Made by a program: the position numbers and the translations under genes. This document shows positions 34,701-47,700 of a stretch of 64,000 nt of DNA, piece by piece. Within the stretch, counting starts at the first letter, position 1. Each line of letters starts with the position of its first letter. The notes beneath the pieces were generated by a model, which was given only the letters and a program-made list of their open reading frames with translations, ran no database searches and was not told where the DNA came from. Source of the DNA: Macrostomum lignano (taxonomy: Eukaryota); NCBI GenBank assembly GCA_002269645.1, contig NIVC01001046.1:248001-312000 (forward strand), written 5' to 3'.

Positions 34701-37700
34701 TATATATTGTAGCCTACCATAAGCCTAACGCCCTAATAAAGCCCAAACCATAATTTTTTTTAGGATTTTAAACTTTTTTGAGTCTCAGGCCTAGCTAGGA
34801 AAGATAGCTCCCTATTTATTGTTGCCATTTTCAACCAGGGTTAAACAATATGGAAATATGTAGCATGCAAGTTAGGTGAATTAATTTCTGATGGTAATTA
34901 TAAATGGCAGTTGTTATTTGTCCGGTGACCGGACGAATAGCGATGTGGTTATTTGTCCGGTTACTGGATCCTGACCATTCTTTCCTATTCATCCGGTTAA
35001 TACCAGACAAATAGACATTTTGTTATTTGTCCGGTTAAATTGATAATGCTAAAATATCTAGTTTATAAAAACCACAAGGGTAAATATTCCTAGACTTCAA
35101 AGACTTCTTACTCATGTCTTGATTATTATATTGTTATACTAGTGTGTGTCTTATACACCAAATTATGCCGAATTGAATGCACTGCTTTGCTTACACTCAA
35201 CTAATACAAGAAAATATTAATCAGTATACGAGAAAAGGTCTTAAAAGTCTAGAATATTCATCACAAAACAAATAAGATATTTGTGTTAGCAATTTAACCA
35301 GACAAATAGCAAAAAGGCTATTCGTCTGGTCACCGGACAAATAACAACTGCCATTATAAATAGTAGGCCTATAGTATAACTATAGGCTAGGCTTTAGTAG
35401 ACCTATAGATATATGATATATTGTATCTAATCTAAAAATTTCAGTTTCAGTTTTAGTTTGTTTTAGATCTCATAAAGATAAATCAACTTTGTATTCTTGC
35501 AAACTTATAAACTAGGCCTAGCTGCCTAGGCCTATATCAACAGAAACAATATAAAATTTATAATATAGACCATCATACATGCACAATGTCCAAAATTCGG
35601 TCGGCCATGCAACTTAGTTTTAACAAAAATGCGACATAGTTTTTGGCCAAAAATGCAACTTACATGTAAAAAAACCCTAAAGCAAAATTAACGCAACTTT
35701 GGGTAAACAGCAGGAGTAACTATGACTGTCTTATTAAGCCGCAATGCCTCATCAGCTACTTAGTACTACTACTTCGGTGTTTTTTGGGTGAGCATTTTTG
35801 CAACTTCCTTGGTTGGCTGCCAAATCAGTTGGCCAGATTGGCCAACTTGGCCGACTGTTGCGCATGTATGTAGACCATACATGTACAACCTCCAAAATTT
35901 AGTCGGCATGCGACTTAGTTTCAACAAAAAATGTGACATCATTTTTGGCCAAAATGCAACTTACCTTGTCCTCAGTGCAACTTAGCTTGGTCCTATTGCA
36001 ACTTAGCTTAGCTCAGTCTTGCTACAACTTAGCTCTGTCCTATTGCAACTTAGCTTGGTCCTATTGCAACTTAGCTTGGTCCTGCTGGGACCTAGCTCAC
36101 CCTCAGTGCTGCAACTTATAGCTCTTACAACTCTTATGTTTTTCTCTTTTTTGCTCCCCTTTTCTCTTTTTTCCTTTTCCTTTTCATTTTCATCTTTTGT
36201 TTTTTGGTAGTTGATCAATTTTAAAACTTACCTTGGTTGGCTGCTAAATTGGTCAGCCAAATTGGCCAATTTAGCTGACTGCTACGCATATATGATATAG
36301 ACCTATACATCTTTTGAATTTCATTTATATATGAAATTTTTATATAAGAATACAGAAATAGAAAAATAAGCTTAATTCACAAATAAGCTCATTATAAAAA
36401 TAAGTTTAGAATTTGGAATAGACTTTGTTGGGCTAAGATTGTTTTATCATAATTTAGATCCAGATACCTGCAATTGGCTAGCCATTATACTAATTTCTTA
36501 GATACTAATGTTTTGGATGCATTTAGATGACAATTATAGCAACAAGTTGAATCTTAAAGCATGCATTTAATCTTTTTCAGATATGGGACCTGCCTAGAGA
36601 CTATTGATTAAGTAGATATTTGAGTATATTGATATTGGGAAATTATATTATAATTTACAGTCTTGCAAAATATTAAGATGATAGTTCCTTAAAATTTGGT
36701 CACTTCATTATCTAGATTTACTAACAATTTTTTGATATGACAAAGCATCTAAAAACAATGGCTACTTTGTCATCTTGATAACAAGATGAAAAATTGTCTA
36801 GGAACTATGCAAGCTTATCTATATATATCTATTTGTAGATATACATATATACATGAGCTAATGGTCTATGTGTATATACAAGTGTGTATGCATTTAATCA
36901 ACACATTGCCCATTTGCTAGCCAGCTCCACTTACAAAAAGCCTAGTTCTAAATGCCATGGAATATTGATGCTCTGCTATTTGCTGTACCACTGGCTGACA
37001 ATGGACTAGTTAAATGACAAGTTGCTTGTCTATTTAAATAAAGTCACAGTTACTTTCGCTATTTACCTATTTGCACATGCACATAAGTAACTTTCTCTTT
37101 TGCACAGGAGTGTCAAAGCCACTTATTTGGATAGGCCAGTATGGGTGTGGCCCTTTGAAGTATCCATGTGTGGCATGTGCAGCTTTTTGTATTTTATTCC
37201 AAAAAGGTTCATTATTTGTAAAAATCAAAAAAGTTTCTTATATGCACTTGAACTAAATAATAATGTTAAGGCATTTATTTACAATGCTTGATGTTGAATC
37301 ATTGATATGCTCATATTTAGAATTTTATCAGTAAAAGATTAGTTTTTTTTGTTGGATGTCCAAAATATGCCTAATTCCTCCACTTAACTACAGCACATGA
37401 CTAAAGGCTGTCATGTCACTTTGGAAGCCATTAAGTTTTTTTTCCTAGTTTTAATAGAGTCTTTTCATCACTTCATTCCCATCTGCAGTGAAAAGCGTGC
37501 CCGGGTTCGTGCCCAGGTCAACCAGCGCCTAATCCAATCTGGGGAGCGCGAGCGACTAAAGGAACTTCTGCGAACTCGCCTGAATGAATGCGGCTGGCGC
37601 GAGAAGCTCAAGCAGCACTGCAAGGAGATAGTTCGCCAGAAAGGTCTTGAACAGATCACCGTGGATGACCTGGTCGCCGAAATTACACCGAAAGGTCGCG

Positions 37701-37783
37701 CCCTGGTGCCTGACGAGGTCAAGAAAGAGCTGCTGCAGCGTATTAAGGCTTTTCTAGCGCAGACAACGGCCGACGAGAAGTGA
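34673..37783 (+). CDS. ENY2: Transcription and mRNA export factor ENY2/Sus1 (101 aa)
   Basis: Micro-exon ATG GAA CTC GA|gtaagt (34673-34683) plus exon 37489-37783, giving [93 protein letters not shown]. Confidence 0.95.
34906..35352. mobile_element. Mutator-type MITE in ENY2 intron
   Basis: 36-bp TIR ggcagttgttatttgtccggtgacc(g/a)gacgaatagc; perfect 9-bp TSD attataaat; internal atttgtccggtta sub-repeats. Confidence 0.88.
35571..36294 (-). mobile_element. hAT-type MITE copy 4 (long variant) containing nested copy 3 (35574-35870)
   Basis: Outer TSD atatagac (35563-35570, 36295-36302); inner TSD tagaccat (35566-35573, 35871-35878). Both ends match the copy-1 TIRs. Confidence 0.88.
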
Positions 37784-38322
37784 GAACAAAGTTGCAACTT
37801 ATTTTACAAAAGAACTACTAACTATTCACTTCCAACCGAATCCAAATAGCTACAGCGTAAAATTTCATTCTTGTTTGCTTAACTGTGCTTTGTTGTGCTC
37901 CTAATTTGTTATATTATATGGTACTCATACACTAAAATTATTTGTGTAGGTGCCACGGCCGCTGATCTATATTTGAGCGCTTCACGATTTTTTATAAGTT
38001 GCATCAATCTCCCAGTTTCCAGTGTATTGTAAATTATAGCAGTGCTTAAATAGCTTCGGCTGTGAATCATTGCTCTGTGTGTTTAATAACATTTAGTGTC
38101 CTGCTTTTCAACTTTCAAATTTGAAAAGAGAAGAATTGGTTTTTTGTCTTTACTTAAAAACTAGTTCAACTATGGTTTACACTCGACGTTAAGAGTGCAA
38201 CTTCAGATAATCAAGCTGAGACTCCACTCCACTCCACTCCATAGCAAACCGTATTTTAAGTTCTGTAGTGCCGCAAGGGTTTATGTTTTTGGTCCTAAAA
38301 TTAGCTTTTTATGCACTTTTAG

Positions 38323-39128
38323 TTTTTTAGTTATGGCAGGGGGGTTTGTGCACCCTGGCGCACTTCAAACGATATTTTCACAACCAGCGAGTCGAGGCAT
38401 TACTACCTATTATTCCAACTCCACTGAGCAGGAAAACGCGCGCGGATAAAAACATACACTGGAGTGTACAACATTCCTAACTTTATTTATTGTAGGCATG
38501 TTCACTTCTCTGTGCCACAGCGGTTACCGGTTAGTCCTTAAGCAGGGTGTCCACGACCTCGCAAAACCTGCAATTCAGATATGGAAAAACCTAGAAAATG
38601 CGCTCGTACTCGTAGTTGTTTTGATATTTCTTACTTTTCTTGTCACTTGTGACATTATATTGATTAACATGCAACTTCTATGAGCATATCTTGTACTGAT
38701 TTCTATAATTCTGTCTTGAAATTTGTGCAGCAATGGTCAATGGACAGCCCATCTCAAAATTCTTTTTACAATATCACATCCCCTGTATTCTTTTTCACTA
38801 TCTGTAAAAGCATGTACAGCTTAAAAGTCCTTTATATTTCTGTCTATGAGATAGGTACAGTGTATATATTATTTAGGATTGTATTGGTTAGTGGCACTTT
38901 TCCTACGAGTACCGTATAAAAGGCACCTGAAAATGGTCATAGTGATAGAAAATCTGATAATGGAAAATGCATAGACACCCTGCTAAAGGGCGTTAATTGC
39001 ACGAGCAGACCTAGGCCAAGATTCCAATTTAGCCCCAAATCAATGTGACTGCACTTGGAATCGAGCCTGCATGGGCCGCTTATTGGTATATAGGGCGCCT
39101 CGCTAAATTGCTAGTAGACTACGGCCCC
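38323..39128 (-). mobile_element. tRNA-derived SINE copy D, split by a ~440-bp insertion
   Basis: 3' half at 38323-38540 and 5' half at 38990-39128 (ends ...tagactacggcccc); both match copy A. Confidence 0.8.
38543..38982. mobile_element. Small TIR element (cagggtgtc ... gacaccctg), hAT-like ends
   Basis: 9-bp inverted termini exactly where SINE D is interrupted; no clean TSD. Confidence 0.55.
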
Positions 39129-40894
39129 GTTTTCTTTATGCCTTGTAGAACTTGTATTTGCTTGAGGGAAAATGTAGCTCAATAAACCAGCAGAATATTC
39201 TAGTTTAATGAGAGTGAAGACTGAATATTCTGCTGGTTTAAGCAGATGTCACTAAGCCTCGATAATTTAACTCGTCCAAAATAATTGAAAAAACCAGTTA
39301 AAGAATGGATCTCTATTCTCAATCGTTTTATTGTCTCTAAATTTGACATAATTGGTCTTGGCCTTTTCGTTTCTCGTTTTGAAAACTTTTTACAATAAGG
39401 GATTTTTTATGAAATCTTATTCCAAATTTAGTTACTTAGTCGACGTGTCGACAATTCTAATACATCTACTGATATACAGCCTACTTTTATTATTACGATT
39501 TGTCACCAGTACCGCCTTGTTTAAAATACAAAATAAAGCGTTATTGTGCATAACTAATAGATGGAATTAGTTTTTGGTTTGTAAGTCTGTCTTTGTTAGT
39601 TTAAGGGAACAATTTTTGTTTTTTTCATGCATAAACTATTATGTATTTAAACGCTTTTAAATTAGGAAATTTTATCAGTATATAGCCCAATACGTTACCA
39701 ACTTCGAACGACTCTAAAGACTGAAGTTATTGTGAAGACCCAACTCCCGTGATCCTTGAATCTAGATCTCTTGGACTTGTACACTTAGTATTTGCGCTTG
39801 TAAAATTGTTTGTGTACCCTTCTGTACATTGTATGGGCCATCGAACGTAAAGCGTTTCCTTGGAGTCGTTGGCGACTGGCGTTTGGGCATATAGGCCCTA
39901 CTGGCAAAGTTTTAGGCCTAGTTTCCCGCGTTAAATTATTGTTACTAGTTTTTCTTCATTTTCAATGTAAATCGTGGCTAGACAACCTCAAGTGCCTACA
40001 AAGGCTGTAACTATAGTACCTCTTGCCAAGTTGCAGCCATTCATTGTGTTGTCTGGGACACACATTTTGACTGATAGCTGGCAGGCATACAATGCACTTT
40101 CCATTCCCAACCACGCATTCATCAATCACGTTTTGGTTGTTTGTTTGAAATTTGGTTTCAAAATAATTTAATGCGGGAAACTAGGATATTGCTCTAGGTT
40201 TATTTTTTGTGCGCAGAGTACTGAGTAGGCCTATGCATATGCACTAGGCCTAAATTTAAAAATTGCACTCTGAAATTGAAAAGTGGATGCAGTTTAGGTG
40301 TGGTCTTATAACCTATTTTTCTATTAAAGCCATATTCACACTGCCTTAAAATCAGGGTGCCTACACCCTCCTTTATCTCCTTTATCTCCTTTATTTTCTT
40401 TTATTTAGCAAACCCCTCCTTTATCTCTTTTATTTAGAAGATTTTTAGGACTTTCTCCTTTATTTTAGCCACTTTCTTTAGCTACTAGGATTTTTAGCAC
40501 TTGTACTTAATGTATTGTTAGTTTAGGGTTCTTTTAAATAATCATTTTTAGAAGACTATTCCATTGACTTGTATTATTTTCCTAGGCAAAGTTATATAGA
40601 AGAATAGTTTGTAAGTCTCAACAAAGGTTTGTATATATGATTAGTTAATATTTGAACAAACTTTAAAGCAGCAACCCTATATTAGCCACAATATTAGATA
40701 TGTGGAACTGTGGAGCTAGAAATATACAAGTTATTTTTATGACTGCAAATTGGCTAGAAAGATGATATGAACAAAGCAGTCAACAAAAAGGCCACAGAAT
40801 GAAACAACCATGAGAGTACTATACTAGGCCCTATATCCCTTGAGAGTACAACTGGGAGAGTATATAAGAGTACAACTGGCTTTTGAAGTAGGGA

Positions 40895-41500
40895 TTAACA
40901 GATTTTTACCTCAAAGGCCAGATAAAGAATCCAGCTAATGGCTGCAGGGGCAGATAAGGGTGGTAAGAAGAATGAATAGACAATAAGAAAAAGGAAAGGT
41001 GAGAGAAAAGATAAGAGAATAGATAAAATATAGAGTAGACAGAAGGGTAAAGGAGAAAGAGAAGGCAGAAAGGAAGGAAGAGGAGTGTGGGGACAATAGA
41101 GAGGAAAATAAGCAAATAAAAGAGACAAGAAAAAAGAGGAAAGATGATAGAGAGAAGAGATAAAAAAAGAAAGAAGAAAAGAGAAAGAAGAAAGATAAAA
41201 GAGCAGAAAACAGATGAGAGAGAAGAGATTAAAGAGAAGAGATAATAGGGGAGAGTTAAGAGACAAGAGGAGATAGAGGGGAGAGATAAAAGGAAAGATG
41301 AGAGAGCCTAGAGGGAATAGGCCTACAGGAAAGATTAGAAAAATAGAATAGAGATAGGGCCTAAGCAAGATAAGAAAGAAAAGAGGAGAGTAGAGAGGAC
41401 AGGAGAATAGGAAGAATAGAAAAGAGATGAAAAGAAAGAGAGAAGAGAGTAGAGAGAAAAAAATAGATAGAAAAAAAGATAGAAGTTTCAGAGGACCCAA
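40895..41500. repeat. Purine-rich (GA) low-complexity tract
   Basis: Almost only A/G on the + strand; the minus-strand F/L/S 'ORF' is an artefact. Confidence 0.8.
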
Positions 41501-44500
41501 AGGACATAGAGATTCAGAGGCAAGAGGCCAGAGTTTGCCTATACAGGCCTTAGACAGACATTGCCTATCATTGTTACATTACCAAATTAAATCTCCTTTA
41601 TTTTGGGATCAGTCAAACAGTCTCACTTTATTTTACTTTCTCAAAATGTGTGGGCACTCTATAAAAAGAAAAAAGAGAAATTGCACTTTGAGCCTTAAAA
41701 TGCACCATGAAAGTAAGTAGCATAAGGTGCAATTTTGCACCTTGTCTCTGGCAAAAAAGAAAACCCTGACATTGCTGCTCTACTATATCTGGATCTATTG
41801 CATACTACTAGAGTACTAGTGCATTTATTGGTAGACATTCATATTCTTCACACTAAACCACACAATATAGCAGTTTAGTAGGCCCTAATAGTAATAGCCT
41901 TAACTTTAGAGCTTAGTCTTTTTTTCTCAGTATTACAATTTATAAACTTTAGTTTCTATAATATTATAGCTTCTATATTAAGCTTCTATGTTAATACAGC
42001 TTCTATATTACAACAAGATAGTTTACAAGATAGATACAAGATAGTTTCTATAACATTTTTAGTATGTAGGACTTATAATAGGGGCCTATGAGTTATTATA
42101 CTAATGATTAAAAATGAATAGGCCTATAGGGTATATTACCAAAAAATTCAAGAATGCAATAACAATGCATGTCTCAGTTTCAATGACAATCTTTAGGCCT
42201 TAGTTCCAACTTTAGAGTACAGGTAGCCTAAAGCTTTTGTCTAGCCCATACTTAAGATTATTAAATCATTTATATTAAACATTTCTAGTATATATTTATA
42301 ATAACTACTATATACTTGGTACCTGGGTTTTTTAAGATTGGAAATCTAGTTGTTAGCTGGACCTTGAGGCTCAAAATCCAGTTGCCAATGGCTATTTTTG
42401 GTTGCCTATTGGCAACTAGCCAAATTCTCAAGGATAGGTATTTCCAAAGCTGTATTTAAAAAGTAGAAATTTTTTCTCTTAACTTTATGATTGCTATCCA
42501 TGTTTCAAACAATAACAAACTAACAAAGTCTCATGGCATACATATACTTGAATTATGCCTTGTAGAACTTATATTTGCTTGGGGGAAAATGTAGTTCAAT
42601 AAAACCAGCAAAATATTCTAGTTTAATATATCTTTGAAACATGTTGTATTAGGCATATTTTTTGATAGAGCCAATATTTTACTTGGCTATGTGTGTCTAG
42701 CAAACAATGCTTTTAAAATACAAAGTGAATTGATAGGTAGTTTGTAGGGTATCTTTTTAGTTAAGAATCTATTTATTTTTCCTTTGCTAATATTAGTAAA
42801 ACATTAAAATAAAAATTTAGGTTTAACATATAAAAATTTCTTTGTGTTCAGAGCAATCTCTGTGAACAGAGGCTATCTTTTATTGGTCATAATACAAAGC
42901 TAGTATTTGATATATTAGAAAGCAATTACTTAAATACAGCAATCTAATTTTTATATAAGTACAAAATTTCTGCATTTTAAATAGTGTTTTGCCTTACAAA
43001 TATAGTTTTTGTTCCTTAGTCAATAGTAGATCTTGAATTTCATTGGGGGGGGGGGCAACCCAAGTTTGGGGCACTAACATGAGTATAAAAGTCACAAATT
43101 TTGAAGCTAATGGATGCAAATATGTATATAAAGAGTAAAAACCAAGTAAAGGGCCAAAATGCATATAGGAAGTTTAGAGGGTGCAAACATAGATATTCTA
43201 TCAAGGTTTTTTTTGGGGAGGGTAGCCACTCTCCCTACCCTCTTTCTAAATCTTCCCTTGGCAATAGTGATTATATAAATAGTGAAATGGCTACTTTTAC
43301 TATCAATATACAAACAAATTTTAAAATAAGCAAAAACATATAGTATAAAAATAATTAAAGGTTTTTAATATGGTAACTAAAGAGACTTTCTTTTTAATAC
43401 ATCAATACAATGGCAACTTCTAGGATTATTTGCCTATTTGACTATGGGTTTGGCTTATGCCTAAAACAATCAACAATATAAGCTTAATGGAAAAATCATT
43501 TAACAATCAGTCAAAATTAGAGTTATGCCATAACTAAAATTTTTCCATATCTCATATTTGTATCCATAGCTGTAAAAGATTGGCTGGCTATAATAGCTAT
43601 AAGAATGTAGCCATAAATAGTGCTCTATAGAATATATTTGTTGTTCTCAATGCATTCTATAAGCTAAATTGCCTTTTTGACTATTCTCTTTCTTTTCCAT
43701 TATTCTCCCCTCTTTTCTTCCTTTTGGCTCTCTTCACTACCTTTTTTCTCTCATTTCTCCTCTCTCTCCTGGTCTCCTTTGCCTTCTCTTCTTCTCTCCT
43801 CTCTCCTTTCTATATTGTCTAAAAACCTCCATATCCATAACTCCCCTAGCTATATTAATACCTACAGTGGAACTCTACTTAAAATAGATCATTAAGTCTT
43901 TTTGTCTACTGCCAATTTTGCAAATAGTATTGCACTTGACAAATAAGTAAAAATAAGCTAAATGAAAAGACTGCAATTCAAATGGATAGTATAAATGCCT
44001 TTTATTTTTCTGAATGCCAATGTTAAGTATTATATTAGGTTTACTTTTTTGTTACCTAATTTAGGTATATAATATTTTAGATATATAAATGTACTTTTGC
44101 CTCTAATTTTGCCTATTGTTTGCTTGTTACTTTTCATTTATCTTAGACTTAAATCAGTATAGCTTATAGAATCATTTTATATATCATTGCATTCAAGAAA
44201 AACTCAGCAAGCATTGCCAAAGTGGTAGAAAGCCTAGCAAATAATAATTGTAGAAGTTAGGTTACAACATAAAAAATTAAGAACAGATTATCTATAGAGA
44301 GACTAGATACCTAAATATGGACAAACCATTTCTAGGATATAGATAAGGATTGCTAGGTTATAAGCAACTAAATAGAAAGATATTTTTGCATGACATTTAA
44401 GTAAATTTTTAAATGGATCTAGTATTAGTACACATTATATATACCGGTTTTAACAGAGTAATTAATTTTAAAACAAATAGAACAATCAAAGTGTATCTTA

Positions 44501-44728
44501 TAGGCAATTTTTACTAGGAGCTAACAAACATCAAAACATAAAATATGAATAAATCAAGGGAAAACATGGAAAATGGGAAGAAGAGAAGAATAACCTTTAG
44601 AACTGATTAACACTATATACTTTAGTAATATATACTATAGGCACTACATGTATATAATAATACTATTAGGGTATCCTTGTATTACACCCAGCTGCATTGA
44701 TATGTCTAATTCAGCTATTGACTCTGCC

Positions 44729-47700
44729 ATGTACCGCGGCGGAGGTCCCAGAGGCGGCTACGACCGAGACGGCGGTGGCGGTCGGGGCGGCTTCAATCGT
44801 GACGGCTTCGGCCGGGGCGGCGGCGGCGGCGGATTCCGCGGCAGGCCGCCAATGAGAGGCCGGGGCGGAGGCGGCGGCGGCTATCGCGAGTACTCGCCAC
44901 CCCGTGGACCGCCAGGCGGGCCGCCGATGCCGGTGCCGCGCTCCAAGTACAGAGCGTCTCCTCCAATGCCTCCGCCGCCACCTCGTCACGGTGGTGGCGG
45001 TTATCGCGACTATTCGCCGCCTCCGCCGCCTTACTATCGAGGGGGTGGCAGGCGCTCTCCGTCGCCTCCACCGCCGATGATGGGCGGCGGTTATCGCCGA
45101 GATTACAGCCCACCACCAAGGAACAGGGGCGGCGGCGGCGGCTTTAGGGACCGATCGCCTCCTCCGCCTCATATGGGCCGGGGCGGACCTGGCGGCTACG
45201 GCGGCATGCGAATGAGTCCGCCAAGGTACAGGTAAGTAAATCGCTTGTTTGTCTGAGTTTATTGTTATCTGAAGTAAATAAATGTTGGTTTGTTGCTTAT
45301 TTATATTTCCTAACTTGATGCAACTAGGGTGTAGATGTAGATCCATAGTTCCTGTTAATGGAGTAATACAGTTAGTAAGTTAATGCAAAGAAATTTCTTA
45401 TGATCTCAATCAGCTCCATGATTTTTCTGAAAAAAACCCCAGAATGTAACTTTCTTAAGTGCGTACCAACACAATGATAAAGATCGTGTAAACATGAGAA
45501 CTTCTCAAAAACTTTCGTAATAACCCTACAATTTTTCCGTTTCTCCAGAGAACGCTCGCCAATTAGGAACCATCGGTGAGTCTTCGGAGGAATATGATAC
45601 TTCAACCTGACATGTAAATGTTTTAATTCTATTTTCAAATAATCGTTACTAAGTAATAGAGATCGACAAGTCAACAAAGATGATCGATTATCGAAGGAAA
45701 TTTTTGAAAGATGGAAGTAAAGAAGTTTTATTTGGTTAATAAAGAAGCCGTCCACCTGTTTCGAATGATATCAGAATTATGGACTGTGAATTTTACATTA
45801 ATTTACTGGATTATCGCCAGCTAAGTGGCTTCTATAGGCAGTCAAGATGCAAAGAATCAATGTTGTTTTGATTTTACGCAAATATTCAAATAACCAAAAA
45901 TCTTGAAATTGAAGACGACACGAGGTCTCGGTTTACCTGTAATACGAGCTAAATTTGAAGAAAAATGAACTATAGTATCAGCAAAGTCGATAATAGTGGA
46001 AACTGCTGCGAGTACGTATTGAATCTTCAATAATTGTCAGATATCAGAAGAGTCAAAGAAGCCGTCATCCGGAAATTGACTACCAATCTTCAAGTCTTGA
46101 CTCATTGAATAGATATAAAAGCATTTACAAATTTGGCTTTTATGAACTATTGAACTGCTGCACAGACAAATGCAAGCTCAACTCGTCAATGCATAAACAA
46201 GACGAACTGCAGGAGGAATTGCGATTGCATTCACGTGTTATAACGTTATCATTACAAAACTGCAAACCAAAAATGAACATTCCAGAATTAAAGTACTTTT
46301 ACGAACTTTTTAACAAAAAAACTATGGATCTTCGAAAGTAAACATTAAAAATTCCGATTTCAACTAAGAATCTCTTCTCACGGGTGCACAGAAACAGTCC
46401 TGAGTATTTTTGCTGGTCTTTTGGCAAATTTACACAGCCAGTCTACAGTTCATCAGAGCTGCTTAGTGAAGTATATTCGCGAACCATACTGACCATAATA
46501 ATGGTTAGAAGCAGTTATAACGACAAGAAAAACAATGTTACAGAGAGTTCCGGCATCCAAGCCCCAGGGGCCCGTCCCCGCCTCGCTACGACCATCGAGG
46601 CGGACCGCCGCCTCCACGCTTTCCGGATAGGCCGCGCTTCGACGATCGAAACAATGGCGGCGGCTTCAGGCGCGATGGCGGTAAGAATGTAGAAAATGTA
46701 TATATAGTTATCTTAATGCAGTCTGAGAGATAAAGTCTTGAGCCTTCTTAGAAGAGCAAAGCGACGTTAGACTTAAAAACCAATTGATTGAAATTAAGCA
46801 ATCGTCAGGATTGTCGCTAAAATTGATATTTTACAATTGATTTTATTCGGAATAGCACTGATGCAATCATAAAATTTCACTGCGAATTCAAGTGGAAGAG
46901 CGATGGTTAAAATGATTGCATCAGGCTAGTAGTATTCTGAAGAGCGTGTTCGACACAACCAATGAGCTTTATAAACTCAATGAGAATCAACGATCGCGCA
47001 GGCTGTTTCACTCGTTCTTTGATATTCAAATTTTCAGAGATTTGCACTAGTTACTACTTTCAGCGTTAGGAAAGGCAACAAGCGTGTAAAATGTTAGGCG
47101 ATGATTAGGTGTAATCTGAAGTGCAGCAAACGACAATTAAGTTTAACATATTAGCTGTAGTTATAAAGGTTCCGAAGTCATTTTCAATTGCTATTAAAAA
47201 ATACGACTGTCATAAAGTTGTATTTTATGGTTTTACTACAATACCGATTTGCAACTTGTGACGACTGCAAGGAATCTGTTCGATTATTTCAAAAGTGACG
47301 GAAAGTGAAATCTACATGCGTGTAATATCTAAAGGAAGAATTTCTAGAGAGTATATCGAATCTTACTACACCAGTTTTGTTCCAATACGTTTGTGTCGCA
47401 GTTCTTACAAATTGCTAAACTAGTAGATTAGTTTATCTTGAACTAATTAATTAGGTGGACCAGTTTAGGTTCTGAAAAGCCAACAGAACATATATGAGTG
47501 TAATCCATAGTAGAATAGTAGAGTCGCGCCCCAAAAAAGCATCACACTGTTCCGTCAAAAATAAAAGCCAGTGCTATGCATCGGGTTCCGCCTATCTGCT
47601 TAGCTCCAAAGCTATTGTTTTAAAAGATTTTATATAGTACTGTCACTCGAAAACATGTTGAAAAGAATTGCTGCGAATTCTAATTACGATCAGTGACGTA

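Noticed and set aside
40895-41500. 201-aa hydrophobic ORF on the minus strand
   Set aside because: An artefact of a GA-rich low-complexity tract, with no splice or codon support.
45372-46341. ORF fragments in intron 1 of the RGG gene, faintly like a DNA-transposase remnant
   Set aside because: No convincing catalytic motif, TIR or TSD could be identified by eye; would need tBLASTn.
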